DNA of 64,000 nucleotides from the human T2T-CHM13v2.0 reference genome, Homo sapiens: the NCBI RefSeq assembly GCF_009914755.1, contig NC_060930.1, one strand, 5' to 3'. This document shows, piece by piece, positions 28,501 through 41,765 of the stretch. Numbering within the stretch: position 1 is the first letter of the stretch; every line of letters begins with the position of its first letter. Below the pieces are notes generated by a model. That model ran no database searches. It was not told the DNA's origin and saw only the letters and a program-made list of their open reading frames with translations. Position numbers and translations under genes: made by a program.

Positions 28501-30326
28501 AGTTTGATGCAGGGGTAGGGTGCTCATGGAGGGCCTCTGCTAGGGCAGTGTGGAGGGGAAATGTGGGGTCAGATCTCCACACAGAGTCCCCAGTGGGGCA
28601 CTGCCTAATGGGGCTGTGAGAAGAGGACCACTGTCCTCCAGACCCCAGAGTAGTAGATCCATCGACAGCTTGCACCATTCACCTGGAAAAGCCACAGACA
28701 CTCAATGCCAGACCATTAAAGCAGTTGGGAGGGAAACCGTACCCTGGAAAAACCACAGGAGTGGAGCTGCCCAAGACTATGGGAACCCACTTCTTGCATC
28801 CACATGACCAGGATGTGAGACCTGGAGTCAATGGAGATCATTTTGGAACTTTAAAATTTGACTGCCCCACTGGATTTGGGACTTGCACAGGCCCTGTAAC
28901 CCCTTTGTCTTGGCCAACTTCTCCCACTTGGAATGGCTGTATTTACCCAATACCTATACCCCCATTGTATCTAGGATGTAACAAGCTTGCTTTTGATTTT
29001 ACAGGATTGTAGGTGGAAGGGACTTGCCTTGTCTCAGATGAGACTTTGGACTGTAGACTTTTGGGTTAATGCTGAAATGAGTTAAGAGTTTAGGGACTGT
29101 TGGGAAGGCATGATTGGTTTTGAAATGTGAGGACATGAGATTTGGAGGGACCAGGGTGGAATGATATGGTTTGGCTGTGTCCTCACCCAAACCTCATCTT
29201 GAATTGTACTCCCATATTTCCCACATGTTTTAAGAGGGACACAGTGGGAGATAATTTGAATCATGGGATCAGTTCCCCCTTACTGCTCTTGTGGTAGTGA
29301 ATACGTCTCATAAGATCTGATGGTTTTATCAGAGGTTTCCACTTTTAAACCATCCTCATTCTCTCTTGCCACCACCATGTAAGAAGTGCCTTTCACTTCC
29401 CACCATGATTCTGAGGCCTCCTCAGCCATGCGAAACTGTAAGTCCAATTAAACCTCTTTTTTTCTCCAGTCTCAGGTTTGTCTTTATCAGCAGCATGAAA
29501 ATGGACTAATACACTAGGTATTTTATTTTCTTTATGGCTAATATAAGTAGGATTGTGTTCTTGATTTAGTTCATAACTAGACCATTCTTGGTATATAGAA
29601 ATACTCCTGATTTTTTCCATTGGTTTTGTATCCTGAAACTTTACCAAATGTGTTTATCAATTCCAGGAACCTTTTCATGGAGTCTTTGGGGTTTTCTTTG
29701 TATAGAAGAATTATATTGTCAGCAAAGATAGATAGTTAACTTCTTTTTCTATTTGTCTTTTTTTTTCTTTCTCTTGCCTGATTGCTCTGGCTAGGACTTC
29801 CAGTGCTATGTTGAATAAAATTGGTGAGAGTGTCTTGTTTAACTTCTCAAGGGAAAATGCTTCCATCTTTTGCCCATTCAATATGATGTTGAATATGGGT
29901 TTGTTGTAGATGGCTTTTATTATTCTGAGGTATATTCCCTCAATGCCTGGTCTATTGAAGGCTTTTTTCTGCATCTATTGAGATGATCATATGTTTTTTG
30001 TTTTTGATTCTTTCTTTTTATGTGGTGAATCACATTTACTGATTTGTGTATGTTGAACTAATCTTGCACCCTAGAAATAAAACCTACTTTACTGGGATAG
30101 ATTAGCTTTTTGAGGAGCTGCTGGGCTCATTTTTCTGGTATTTTGTTGAGGACTTTTGCATCAATCTTCATTAGGGATACTGGCATGAAGTTTTCTTTTT
30201 TCATTATATCTCTGCCTGATTTTCATATTACAATGATGCTGGCTTTGTAGAATGAGTTAGGGAGAAACTCCTCCTCCTTGATTTCTTGGAACAGTTTCAG
30301 TAGGATTGGTATCAGCTCTTCTTTGT
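25521..30326 (-). mobile_element. L1PA16/17-L1PB-like, 5'-truncated, interrupted by THE1A
   Basis: 3'UTR at the left end. ORF2 remnants such as [19 protein letters not shown] continue on both sides of the THE1A. Confidence 0.88.
27239..29513 (+). mobile_element. Complete THE1A provirus (LTRs 27239-27591 and 29162-29513)
   Basis: Two THE1A-type LTRs, THE1-int with MaLR ORF remnants, and a perfect TSD CTAGG at 27234-27238 and 29514-29518. Confidence 0.95.
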
Positions 30327-30799
30327 AGCAATCTGAAAGAGCTTAATTTGGGGCTTTGGCCAGATAGAGCATTTGTAAAAATCTGTGGCCCTTTTGCTTT
30401 AGTTATAAAGTGAAAGTAGTTAGATAATCAGAATATGAAAGGTGAAAAATTTAGCACTGGGAAAAAAAAAACATAATATCTACACAGATTACTAAACGAA
30501 GAGGCCTGTCTTCATAAGCTCTTGAGGTGAAAGTCAGGTGAATGTGAAAGTCAGGAATGTGAATGGCACACTTAGCAAAAACAAGAACTAATGTCCACAC
30601 CACATCTCTAGTTCTTCTAGATATTAAACAATTGAATCAAGCTCTATGAGTGTCAATTTCTTCATTTAAAGTGAAGGAGTTGAACTAGTTGTCTCCTTAA
30701 AATCTTTTTCTAAGTTCTACTGTCATGAATCCTTGTAGTAAAGTCTTTGGTGTACAATAATAGAATCAACATAAGGAAGTTCCAACATTAAAACAAAAT

Positions 30800-31040
30800 T
30801 TATTACAGTAAATTTTATAACATTTTATATTTTATAATAAATGTTATAATATAATAAATTATAACATAATAAATATATAACATAAATATTTATTATAACA
30901 TAAAATATATAAATAAAATATAACATAATAAGTTATAATATAATAAATATATAATATTTTATAATAAATGTTATAATAATAAAATAATAAATTTTATTAT
31001 TTTATAATAAATATAAAAATATATTTTAAAAATAATAAAC
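30800..31040. repeat. Extremely AT-rich low-complexity/minisatellite tract
   Basis: Almost only A/T. The unit tattttataataaatgttataat occurs twice, with many ataacata/ataataaa units. Confidence 0.9.
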
Positions 31041-33116
31041 TACAACTCTTGAGAAAGGATGCAATGGGGAGTAAGGATCTTGGTATCAACAGTTTGTGGA
31101 TCTTTCATTAGAGTCCACCATTAAAATGACTCAGCACGCCAAGTCCCATCCTCTGCATCCCTCAGTTCACATTCTTGAAGGAAAATATATTAGACCAAGT
31201 ATAAGTCAACTGCTTACCACAGTCCTCCAATATTGCTAGAGAACCAGGGTAATGTGGTAGAATTATGGTTCTTTTGGACCCACCATTATAGATGGACTGA
31301 CCATTTACAGAGAAAGAGACCAAGGAAGACTTTTCTAAAGGGACTGCTAAAATTCTAAATCCTAGTGTGTCTAAAACAGCAGGATTTTTACCTGAGGACA
31401 AGTTCTGATATTTTACAATGGAGATCACTCTAGTCAGATGATACATTTCTAACTTTTAAACCATCAATATTGAGATCAATAATTTTGCTTGAATTTAAGT
31501 GGCAGATTTGCTACTGACATGATAATTAATTGTAGATAAACTTTAAAATACCATCTGTTTAGTCAATAACGATCACAATAACTTTTACAACCTAATTTTA
31601 TAAATCATAAAAATAAGTTTATATGCTTTCTGTATTCCCACATACAAGCCAGACCCTACATTAAATAGAATCCTCTTCAACTTTATCAATTTCTCATGAA
31701 CCAAGCAAGATAAAATTTTCTAGACGTAACAAATAGATTTTTACTTACTTTAGTGTTTTTACTTATTATGTGAAAATATTTCTTTGTGACTAGTTATCTT
31801 AAGATTAATTGTGAGACCAATGTTGTGATTCTTCAGTCCCCTTTGCCTCATCATTCTAAAAGTTTAGTTGTAGGGCTAGCTTAAAAAATAATTAAAATTT
31901 ATTTCTAAGTGTGTATATATGCATGCTCACATATGAATGCTTATGTGCCTTCTTACCTAAAACTTAGCGTAAGTGTAGTAGGTTGCAACTCTAAGTGTAA
32001 GCAGGTTGTAACTGCAAATATAGTAAGTTGCAAATGTCATTTATTTGACATCTTAAAATATTACCTACTCTTTATTTTAGGATCAGCTTCTTTACCCCTT
32101 CATAATACTGAGCTTGCCCAGCTTACATAGTTCTTTGTTGACTTTGGAGCAAATCTTAAATTCCCAAAGAGCATTCTTTCCAATCTTCTGCCAAATTAAA
32201 TTTAATTTGTTAAAACAAAAATATTATGCAAGGCTATTTTGAGAGGAATGTTTCAACTCTGATTCCCCTGAACCAAAATTTTTGGAGTCTCTGAAGACTA
32301 AGTGCTTATTCTCATTTCTAAGTTTCTTTGATTGGTAGTACAGGATATTTTTTCCCAGGTAACATTAGTGGAAATTAAATGGTTCATTGCTTTTGGGAAA
32401 AATTTTACTCTTTGCTTGATGGTTTAAATTTAAGATACTTTTCTTCTCTTGCTTTACTTCCACTTGACAAGCTTCAGGCATTATTTAAACCAGGAATCCA
32501 ATATACCTAAATGCTACAGTATTAAGATCTATCTGAGTTTTCCACAAAATCTTTCCGAGAAACTTATACCTCAATAGTGCCCTCTCTTATCACAATAAGT
32601 TTAATAAAAAGTTTAACTAGGCTCTTCTCAACAAAAGACTTTAAAAAACTAAGAAAATCTCCAGAATAAGTTTTGGGGAAATGTGGAATTGTAACAGAAT
32701 ATAAACAAGACCAATAGGCAATCACTACTTCAAAGAATAGTGAAATGTTAATACACTGTAAGAATGTGTTTACAAAGGAATAATAGGTAATTGTTGATAA
32801 ATGTTGCCATAATAATTAATGTAAAGCTTTTTATTCAAACTTCTGTCTTTCACCTTTCAACATATTTAACATTATAAGAATTCCTCCTGAGAATTACAAA
32901 AATAAGAATGGAAAGGCTTCTAAGACGCAAAGTGTGAGGCACTAGTTTGAGTCATCTGAGAAAAGAGACTCAAGGGTTGATTTATTTTCAAACTTTTAAA
33001 GAACTGTTCTAGAATACCCAGGGCATTCTTTCCTTCATTGTTACAAAGGGCAAACCTAGAGACAATGGGCTAAATTTCCAGTTAAAACCTGAGAACACAG
33101 GTCTAAGGGCATAAAG

Positions 33117-33265
33117 CAGTAGTTCAGAGACCTAAGTTTATATTGATTCACCTGGGAACTTTAAAAAATACCAGTTCCCAGAACAATTAAATCAGTTTGA
33201 GCATTGTTGTATTTTAAATGTTCTCATGGTGCTGCTAGTATCAAGCCAAGGCTGAAAAATCACTG
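33117..33265. mobile_element. MER5-type hAT-Charlie MITE
   Basis: cagtagttc...attcacctgggaactttaaaaaatac...gctgaaaaatcactg, with degenerate TIRs. Confidence 0.65.
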
Positions 33266-34559
33266 GTGTGAAGCAAGAAGATTCTATGATATATACTTCA
33301 TTGGAGCATATTAAGCCTTGAGTAACAAACTTATGAACATGGAAAATATGCCTACCTTTCTTGAAAGATGCTTCTTTCCAAGCCCTTATCCCTTTGGAAA
33401 GCCCTCACATTTTTTTATATATTTGTGATTTTAGAAGAATAAAAGTGCTATTTGTGTCAAGAATGTAGACATGGAGTTGAGGTAGTGTTTCCTGCTTCCT
33501 ATAAGGGGTTATTAATTGTAAAACCAAACCTAGCCTCCTAAAATTAACAGAAAAATAAAAATCTTTAGGTTTCTAAGTGGCTCTGACTTTGCCATTACCC
33601 TGTTCCTTCAAGTCATTTCATTGGTCCTCTGGCTGGGAGCAGAGGACAGTGCCTTGACCCCCACCTCCAGCACTTTGACTCAAATCTGTGTCCTTTCTCT
33701 TTGAAAGTGAACTGGAACTCTCAAAAGTAAGAACAGGATAGTAAGAGATAGTTAAAGGAATGTAAGCTCATACATGTCAATAAAATTCAAAGTTCTATTT
33801 ATGTCTTAGTCACCTTATTTGTGAGACCTGTTCCAATTCACCCACTGCCTTAAGACATCTATATGCTAGCCCTCCAATACAGGAGCAAGGTACAAGCACA
33901 TGGCTAGTTTTTTTCATTTGTTTTCACTCGATCCATCCCCATGTGACAACTGCATGGTTTTGCCACGCAGGTATTTTTTCCTATTCTGCTTTATATCTCT
34001 CCGGGTAAATGTTAGATAAGAAGATTCTGCCCTTTAGTTAATAGAAAAAGAAATAATAGGAGAGGGAGAAGGAAATCTGATTTTTAAAATAATTAATACT
34101 ATGTGTTTTATATATAGTATAAAACTTTATGTTAAAAAATAAAGAATACTTTATACTTTAAAAAAAATTTTATTAATGCTATGTGCTTTATATAAAGCAT
34201 GTCTATATATACTGATCTTCACAACCACCATGACTTCTGAGTATTATTTTCCAAATGATGAGACCACAGCTCAGGGAGGTAAAATAACTCTACTAGGGAT
34301 GTGCAGATATAAAAACTAGGCTGAGATTCATGATCTTTCCACTTTCTTTCCTTTCTAAGTCCTGTTTCTGGGAAAAAGGAATCACATGTGCCTAGAGTTG
34401 CCCAAAGTCCAAGGTATCCCAATCTTATAGTAGTCCATGTGAACAACACCTGACATAATTGTGCAATGCTTTCATAGGCCTGTCTCTCCTCAAGGATTTA
34501 GTATAAATGGTCTACTAATCAGGTGAGACACTACGTCCCCTCCAAACCAGTTGTAATAG

Positions 34560-34782
34560 TTATAATACTAACAGTAATTGCAGCGAATATACATTGTGCA
34601 ATTATTATGAGCTAGACACTTTTCTGAAACATATTTTGTGAATTAACAAATTTAATCTTTACAACATTCTATCAGTTAAGTAATAGAATTGCCTTCATTT
34701 TACAGATGAGGAAACTGAGACAGAGAAAATTTGTTAAAGGTCACATAACTGGCAATTTATGGAACAGGAATTTAAACCTAGA
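34560..34782 (-). mobile_element. MIR SINE
   Basis: Core cattttacagatgaggaaactgagacagag..aaggtcaca..ggaatttaaacctag. Confidence 0.85.
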
Positions 34783-35630
34783 AAATAACAATTATAATTC
34801 AACAAGATAACAATAACATTAGTGCAATAAGAATTATATATGTCAGCCAAAAGCTGTCTCCTCATACTTGTCATCTGCCTAACTGTGAAAGGAATGATCT
34901 AGATGATTAGAGGTAAAGACAGAATTATCCTGAAGTTTTAAGAGACAGGCTTGGAAATAAACTTGAAATGTAAGAGAAGTGGACAAGTAAATACTAGAGT
35001 ACACTAAATATTTTGATATATTTTAACAGGATATGAGAAATGGCAGCTGAGATTATAATTTCTCTTAGGCATAACTTAAACTGAACAGTTGGTTTTGTGT
35101 TTAATATGGTAAAGCCAGACTGGACCATTCTTTCCTTCCAATTTTGAAAATGGATATTTAGTTAGAGGACAAACTGTATTCTCAGAGGGTTGAAGAAACC
35201 TGCCGGAAGGCTTAAAATATTTTTAAAAATAAGGTAGTATTTTTCCCAGTATTAGGATTCTACAAATAAAATATTGTAAGTAGAGTATTTCCAGGATATT
35301 TTGAATAGAAAATACCTATTAATATTACCCTTTGAATTAATTCTCATTCTGCCTATTACTCTTCTCACGGAAACTTGTGTTTCAATTTTCTAGTTCACTA
35401 CATAAACTCTGGGTTTCATTAGTCATTGACATCACTGAAACTGTGAACTTTCTATATGTCTGAGTAGCTACAAATATCCAAGTAGTATCAAGCAATTTTA
35501 TGAAATTAGAGAATAAAAGACTAAGTAGAGAGGAAATATCCTTAAGATAAGTACATTATCATGATTTGACAGGAAGGGGAGAGGATCATGGGACAAGAAG
35601 GAGAAAAAAAAGTTAATTTAAAAAAATTCT

Positions 35631-37690
35631 ATTTCTTTCTCTTATTTGATTTCTCTGGCTAGGAGTTCCAGTACTATGTTGAATAGAAGTGGTCAGGCAA
35701 AGGAAATAAATAAAAGTCATTCAAATAGGAAAAGTCAAGCTATCTTCCTTTACGAACAATATGATTCTATATCTAGAAAATCCTAAAGACCCTGCCAAAA
35801 GGCTCCTAGAACTCATAAATGACCTTGGTAAAGTTTCGGGATACAAAATCAGTATACAAAAATAAATAGCATTTCCATACACAAACAACATCCAGGCCAA
35901 GAGTGAAATCAAGAACACAATCCCATTCACAATGGCTGCAAAGAAAATGAAATACCTAAGAATACAGTTAACCAACAAGGTGAAAGATCTCCTCAAGGAG
36001 AACTAAAAACCTCTGCTGAAAGAAATTAGACAACACAAATAAATGAAAAAAGATTCCATGATCATGGATTGGAAGAATCAATATCATTAAAATGGCCACA
36101 CTACCCAAAGTAATTTATAGATTCAATGCTATTCCCATTAAACAACCATTGACATTCTTTACAGAATTAGAAGAAACTATTTTAAAATTCATATAGAACC
36201 AGAAAGAGAGCCTGAATATCCAAGACAATCCTAAGCAAAAAGAACAAACCTGGAGGCATCATGCAACCCAACTTCAAACTATACTACGAGGCTACAGTAA
36301 CCAAAACAGCATGGTACTGATACAAAAACAGACACATAGACCAATGGAACTGAATAGAAAACTCAGAAATAAAGCCACACACCTACATCCATCTAATCTT
36401 TGACAATGCTGATAAAAACAAGCAGTGGGGAAAGGACTCCCTATTCAATAAATGGTGCCAGGATAACTGACTAGCCACGTGCTGAATTGATGCTGGACCC
36501 CTGCCTTTCACCATATACAAAATTAACTCAAAACGGATAAAAGGCTTAAATATAAGCCCTCAAACTATAAAAATCTTAGAAGACAACCTAGGAAATACTC
36601 TTTTCAACGTCAGCCTTGGCAAAGAAGTTATGGCTAAGTCCCCAAAAGCAATTGCAGCCAAACCAAAAATAGACAAATGGGGTCTTATTTTACTAAAGAT
36701 CTTCTGCATAGCAAAAGAACTTATCAACAGAGTAAACTGACAACCTACAGAGTGGAATAAGATATTTGCAATCCATGCATCTGACAAATGCTTACTATTC
36801 AGAATCTATAGAGAATTTAAAGAAATCAACAAGTAAAAAGCAAATAACCCCATTGAAAATGGACAAAGGACATAAACAGACAGGTCTTAAAAGAAGACAT
36901 AAAAGTGGCAACAATCATATGAAAAAATGTTCAACTTTACTAACCGTTGGAGAATTGAAAATCAAAACCATAATGAGATACCATCTCACACCAGTCAAAA
37001 TGGCAATTATTACAAAGTCAAAAAACAATAGATGCCCATAAGGCTGCAGAGAAAAGGAATGCTTATACACTGCAGGTGAGAATGTAAATTAGTCCAGCCC
37101 CTGTGGAAAGCAGTTTGGAGATTTCTTAAAGAACCTAAAACAGAACCACCATTCAAACCAGCAATCCCATTACAGGGTATATACCCAAAGGAAAATAAAT
37201 CATTCTACCAAAAAGACACATGCACTCGTATGCTCATTGCTGCACTATTCGTAATAGAATAGACATGGAAATAACAGGTGCCAAACAACAGTGTATTGGA
37301 TAAAGAAATTATGGTACATATACACTATGGAATACATTGTAGCCATAAAAATAGTGAAAACAGGTCCTTTGCAGCAATATGATGGAGCAATCCTAAATTA
37401 ATTAATGAAGCAACAGGAAACCAAATACCACATGTCTCACTTATAAATGGGAGCTAAACATTGAGCACACATTGGCATAAATACAGATACTATGAGCAAA
37501 AATAGATATTATGGACTACTGAGGCAAAAAGAGGTAGTGGGGGCATGTGTTGAAAAACTACCTATCAGGTACTATGCTCACTACCTGATTGACGAGATCC
37601 ATACCCCAGACATCAGCAGATGCAATATCTCCATATAATACACCTACATATGTACCCTCTGTATCTAAAATGAGTTTAAATTAAAAATAA
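35631..37690 (+). mobile_element. L1PA16-like element with a 63-bp 5' inversion (35631-35693 on minus)
   Basis: Inverted [13 protein letters not shown]-coding piece, then the sense strand restarts at caggcaaagg with a short overlap. 3'UTR ends ctgtatctaaaat. Possible TSD aaaaaattct / aaataattcc. Confidence 0.88.
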
Positions 37691-39834
37691 ATAATTCCAA
37701 ATGATTGTTTTTAGGAATTTTATAATATCTTCTTGCTTTAAAATGTTGCAAAAATGATCAACTTATTTTTTTGTTTTTTTTTAAGAACTTATTTCCATTC
37801 TTTAGAGGCAAGTAAATTGGTGTGAACTATTTACTCATATAACAATTTATTTTTGTTGAAAAAGCAGTGACAATTTAGTTAGTATGAGTCAGCAATATCT
37901 AAACCATTTTTTAAATATTCTACAGATGCAATTAGGATTACTAAAACAATGAGAGAAAAACTTTGCAAGCAATTTAATTGGACAATTGTGGAACATATCC
38001 CCTTGCCCACAATTTACCATCACACAAAAATAGCCAGTAGCATAAGAGTAAATCACAGCTGAAAGAGATGCAAGCCACAGGTCCTCCCAGACAAAGAGCA
38101 CCTAGGAAAGCCCAAAGTTAAGTGTGGAGAGGAAAACAAGGACAAGAAATGAAGTTAAATTGTCTGGTGCCTGTAGCTATGACAAATATTAAACACAGTC
38201 CAACTCCTAGCCAGATGAGCATAAATCCCCATAGTAAAGACCTATTTATCTCACTTCCTATTACCTAATTCATTGTATCTGGCTTTAAACAAAAAGATTG
38301 CCAGGTATGTCAAAATTCAAGGAAAAAAAACCACTCTGAGAAAAAGGCAATCATCAGAACCAGACTCATGATGTCACATACATGTTGGAATTATATGATA
38401 GGAATTTTAAAATAACTATGATTAATATGTTAAGAACCCTAATAGCAAGAGTAAACAGCATGGAAGAACAGATACGTAATGTAAGCAGAGAGATAAAAAC
38501 TCTAAGGGATAATCAAAGGGAAATTTTAGAATTAAAAACCACAGTAACTGAAATGAAGAATACATTCGGTGAGCTTTCAGTAGACTTGAAATGACTGAAG
38601 AAAGAATCAGTAAATTTGAAGACAGGTCAATAAAAACTTTTCAAATTATAATGCAAAAAGAAAAAAATATTAAAACAAACAAACAAATGAGGACCAAACG
38701 TCAAAGAACTGTGGGACAATATATAAAAGTGTAACATATACTTAATTGAAATACTTAAGACCTTTCCAAAATTAGTGACAGACACCACATAACAGGTCCA
38801 GAAAGTTCAGATAAAGTGAAGCGTAATAAATACCAAACAAATAGATTTTGGCATGCCATATTTAAACAGCAGGAAACCAAACACAAAGAAAAAAGTCTAA
38901 AAAGAATGCAGAGGGGGAAAACACTAATTTATAGAGGAATAAGAATTACCGTGGACTTCTCATCAGAGACCATGACAGCAAAAAGAGAGTGGAAATGAAG
39001 TTTTGAAAACAAAGTAAAATAAATACATCAACCTAGAATTTATCCAGCAAAATTATCCATCAAAAGTGAAGGGTAAACAAAGAAAAAAAACCTATACAAC
39101 CAGCAGACTTTCCAAAAAATGGTTAAAAAAAAAAAAGTTCTTCAGAGAGAAAGAAAATGAAAATGATAAAGGTCAGAAATTTGGATTTTACATAAAGAAA
39201 AGAAAACATTGAAGAAGGAATATATGAAGGTAAATTACAATCTTTTTTCTAATTTTTAATTGATGTAAAAGATAGTTTTTAAAGCAATAATAATAACAAT
39301 GACAATGTATTAGGTGATTATGAATGGGCAAAATGAGTGACAGCAACATCGAGGGAAAGGGGGGAGAAACTGGGAATAATTTCTTATAAAGTACTTGCAC
39401 TACATGTTAATCAGTATAGTGTTATTTGAAGGTGGACAAAACAGATAAAAATGTAAATTGTAAATTCTAGGACAACCAATACATTTTTTAAAGTAATATA
39501 ATTTGTATGCTAAGATAGAAGATAAAGTGAAATCATGTAAAATGCTCAATTAAATAAAGAAAAATCAGAAGGTAGAGAAATAAGTAAGCCAATAAATTTT
39601 AAAAAGACTTTGAGATATCATAAATATTAGTCCACGTTAATAATCACTTAATGTATAAATGGTTTAAATAAACTAATTGAAAGAAAAATTTGGTCAGAGT
39701 AGATTAAAAACAATGTTTCCAAACCATATATTGTCTGCAAAAACCTACTTTATATATAAATTTACTAATAATTTAAAAGCAAAGGGTTGGAGAAAGATAC
39801 ATCATAGTAACACTAATTTTAAAAAGCTGGGGTA

Positions 39835-40139
39835 GGATGGGCGCGTTGGCTCCTGCCTGTAATCCCAGCAGGCTGGGATGCTGAGGCAGGCAGATCACCT
39901 GAGGTCAGGAGTTTGAGACTAGCCTGGCCAACATGGCAAAACCCCATCTCTACTAAAAATACAAAAATTAGCCAGGCGTGGTGGCAAGTGCCTGTAATCC
40001 CAGCTACTTGGGAGGATGAGGCAGGGAGAATTGCTTGAACCCGGGAGGCAGAGGTTGCAGTGAGCTGAGATTGCACCACTGCCCTCCAGACTGAGTGACA
40101 GAGCAAGACTCCCACAAACAAACAAACAAACAAACAAAC
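39835..40139 (+). mobile_element. AluSx-like SINE with a (CAAA)n tail
   Basis: Full dimer. Perfect 13-bp TSD aaaagctggggta at 39822-39834 and 40140-40152. Confidence 0.95.
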
Positions 40140-41239
40140 AAAAGCTGGGGTAGCAATATTACATTTAGACAAAAAGGACTTCAGAACAAGGAAAAGCTTC
40201 AGAAGTAAACAAAAGTATTCCATAATGATAAATAATCAATTCTTGAAGAAAGCATAATAATCATAAATGCATATGTAACTCACAAAAGAATGTGAAAATA
40301 CATGCAGAAAATGCTGATACAACTGATTGGAGAAATAGACAAATCCATTCCTATTTGAGGACATCAGTATCTCTTTTAGCATTTGCTAGATCAAGCAGGT
40401 GGAAAATCAGTAAAGACATAGATGACCAGAATAGCACAATCCATCAATTTGTTCTAATTGACATGTAGAGAGTATCCCATTTAGCAACAGCAGAAGACAC
40501 ATTTTTCTCAAGGCTACATGGAACATTACCCAATGTAAACCACATTCTGGGCATAAAACATATCTTAACATACTTAAAAAACTAGCAATCATACAAAGCA
40601 TGTTCTCAGACCACAGTGGAATTAAACTATAAATATGCTATAGAAAAATAGCTGGGAACTCTTCAAATATTTGGAAATTAAATAACACACTTCTAAATTA
40701 TCTATGAGTCAAAGAAAAAGTCTCAAGAAACTTTAAAATACATTTTGAACAAAATGAAAACACAAATTATCAAAACCTGTTGGCTGCACCAAAAGCAATG
40801 CATAAAGAGAAATTTATAACATTAAATGCTTATGTCAAAAAATAAGAAAGATCTAAAATAAAAAACCTAATATTTTACTTTTGAAAACTAGATAACGAAG
40901 AGGGATTTAAGTTTTAGTGCATAAATAAAAAGAAGTAATACAAATTAGAGTAGAAATCGATGAAATTGAAAGTAGAAAACCAATAAGGAAGATGGTTTTA
41001 GAAATTCATTTTTTGGAAAGATCAACACAATACATTTTTAAGTATCTCAACCAACAACAAAAATGGGAGAACACACAAATTATCGATGTTAGAAATAAAA
41101 AAGAGATCAACACTCCGACTAAGGAAATACTACTTATTCATGTAACCAAATATCACTAGTTCCCCAAGAAAACTATGGAAATAAGAAATCTAAATAATAA
41201 AGCCAGTAAAATAAAATGAAGGTAATAATTTAAAATTAT

Positions 41240-41400
41240 AGATAGCAAATATTGTAGGCTTTGTGGGTTACGCAGTCTCTGTCGCAACTCTGCCATTGTA
41301 TTTCTGAAGCAGCCGCAGACAATATGTAAATGAATAAGCATTGCTGTGTTCCAATAAAACTTTACAAACGCAGGTGGTAGGCCATAGATTGCCCCACCTG
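41240..41400 (+). mobile_element. MER58A hAT-Charlie MITE, partial
   Basis: agatagcaaatattgtaggctttgtggg..gtctctgtcgcaact..gctgtgttccaataaaacttt. Confidence 0.85.
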
Positions 41401-41473
41401 GCTCTAAAAGAGCTTAAATAACTGCTTGTACTGAAGAAACAGCTTAGTGGCAAAGCAAATATAAGAATTCTTA

Positions 41474-41765
41474 GGCTGGATGTGGTGGCTCATGCCTGTA
41501 ATCCAAGCACTTTGGGAGGTTGAGTTGAGAGGATTGCTTGAGCCCAGGAGTTCAAGACCAGCCTACGCAACATAGAGAGACTTCGTCTCTACAGATAAAA
41601 ATTAGCCAGGTGTGGTGGCACATACTTGTGTCCCAGATGCTTGGAAGGCTTGAGTGGGAGGATTGCCTGAGCCTGGGAGGTCGAGGCTGCAGTGAGCTGT
41701 GATTGTACCATGCACTCCAACCTGGACTACAGAGGGAGACTCTGTGTCAAAAAAGAAAGAAAAAA
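41474..41765 (+). mobile_element. AluJ SINE
   Basis: J features ggattgcttgagcccaggagttcaag and gaggtcgaggctgcagtgagc. Confidence 0.9.

Noticed and set aside
31960-32025. Three degenerate ~22-bp repeats (taagtgtagtaggttgcaact-like)
   Set aside because: A short decayed tandem duplication with no spacers. It is not CRISPR-like, and the context is eukaryotic.
34092-34200. 29-bp imperfect direct repeat separated by about 50 bp; similar small duplications at 49298-49347 and 57050-57100
   Set aside because: Ordinary slippage-type duplications with no identifiable inserted element.
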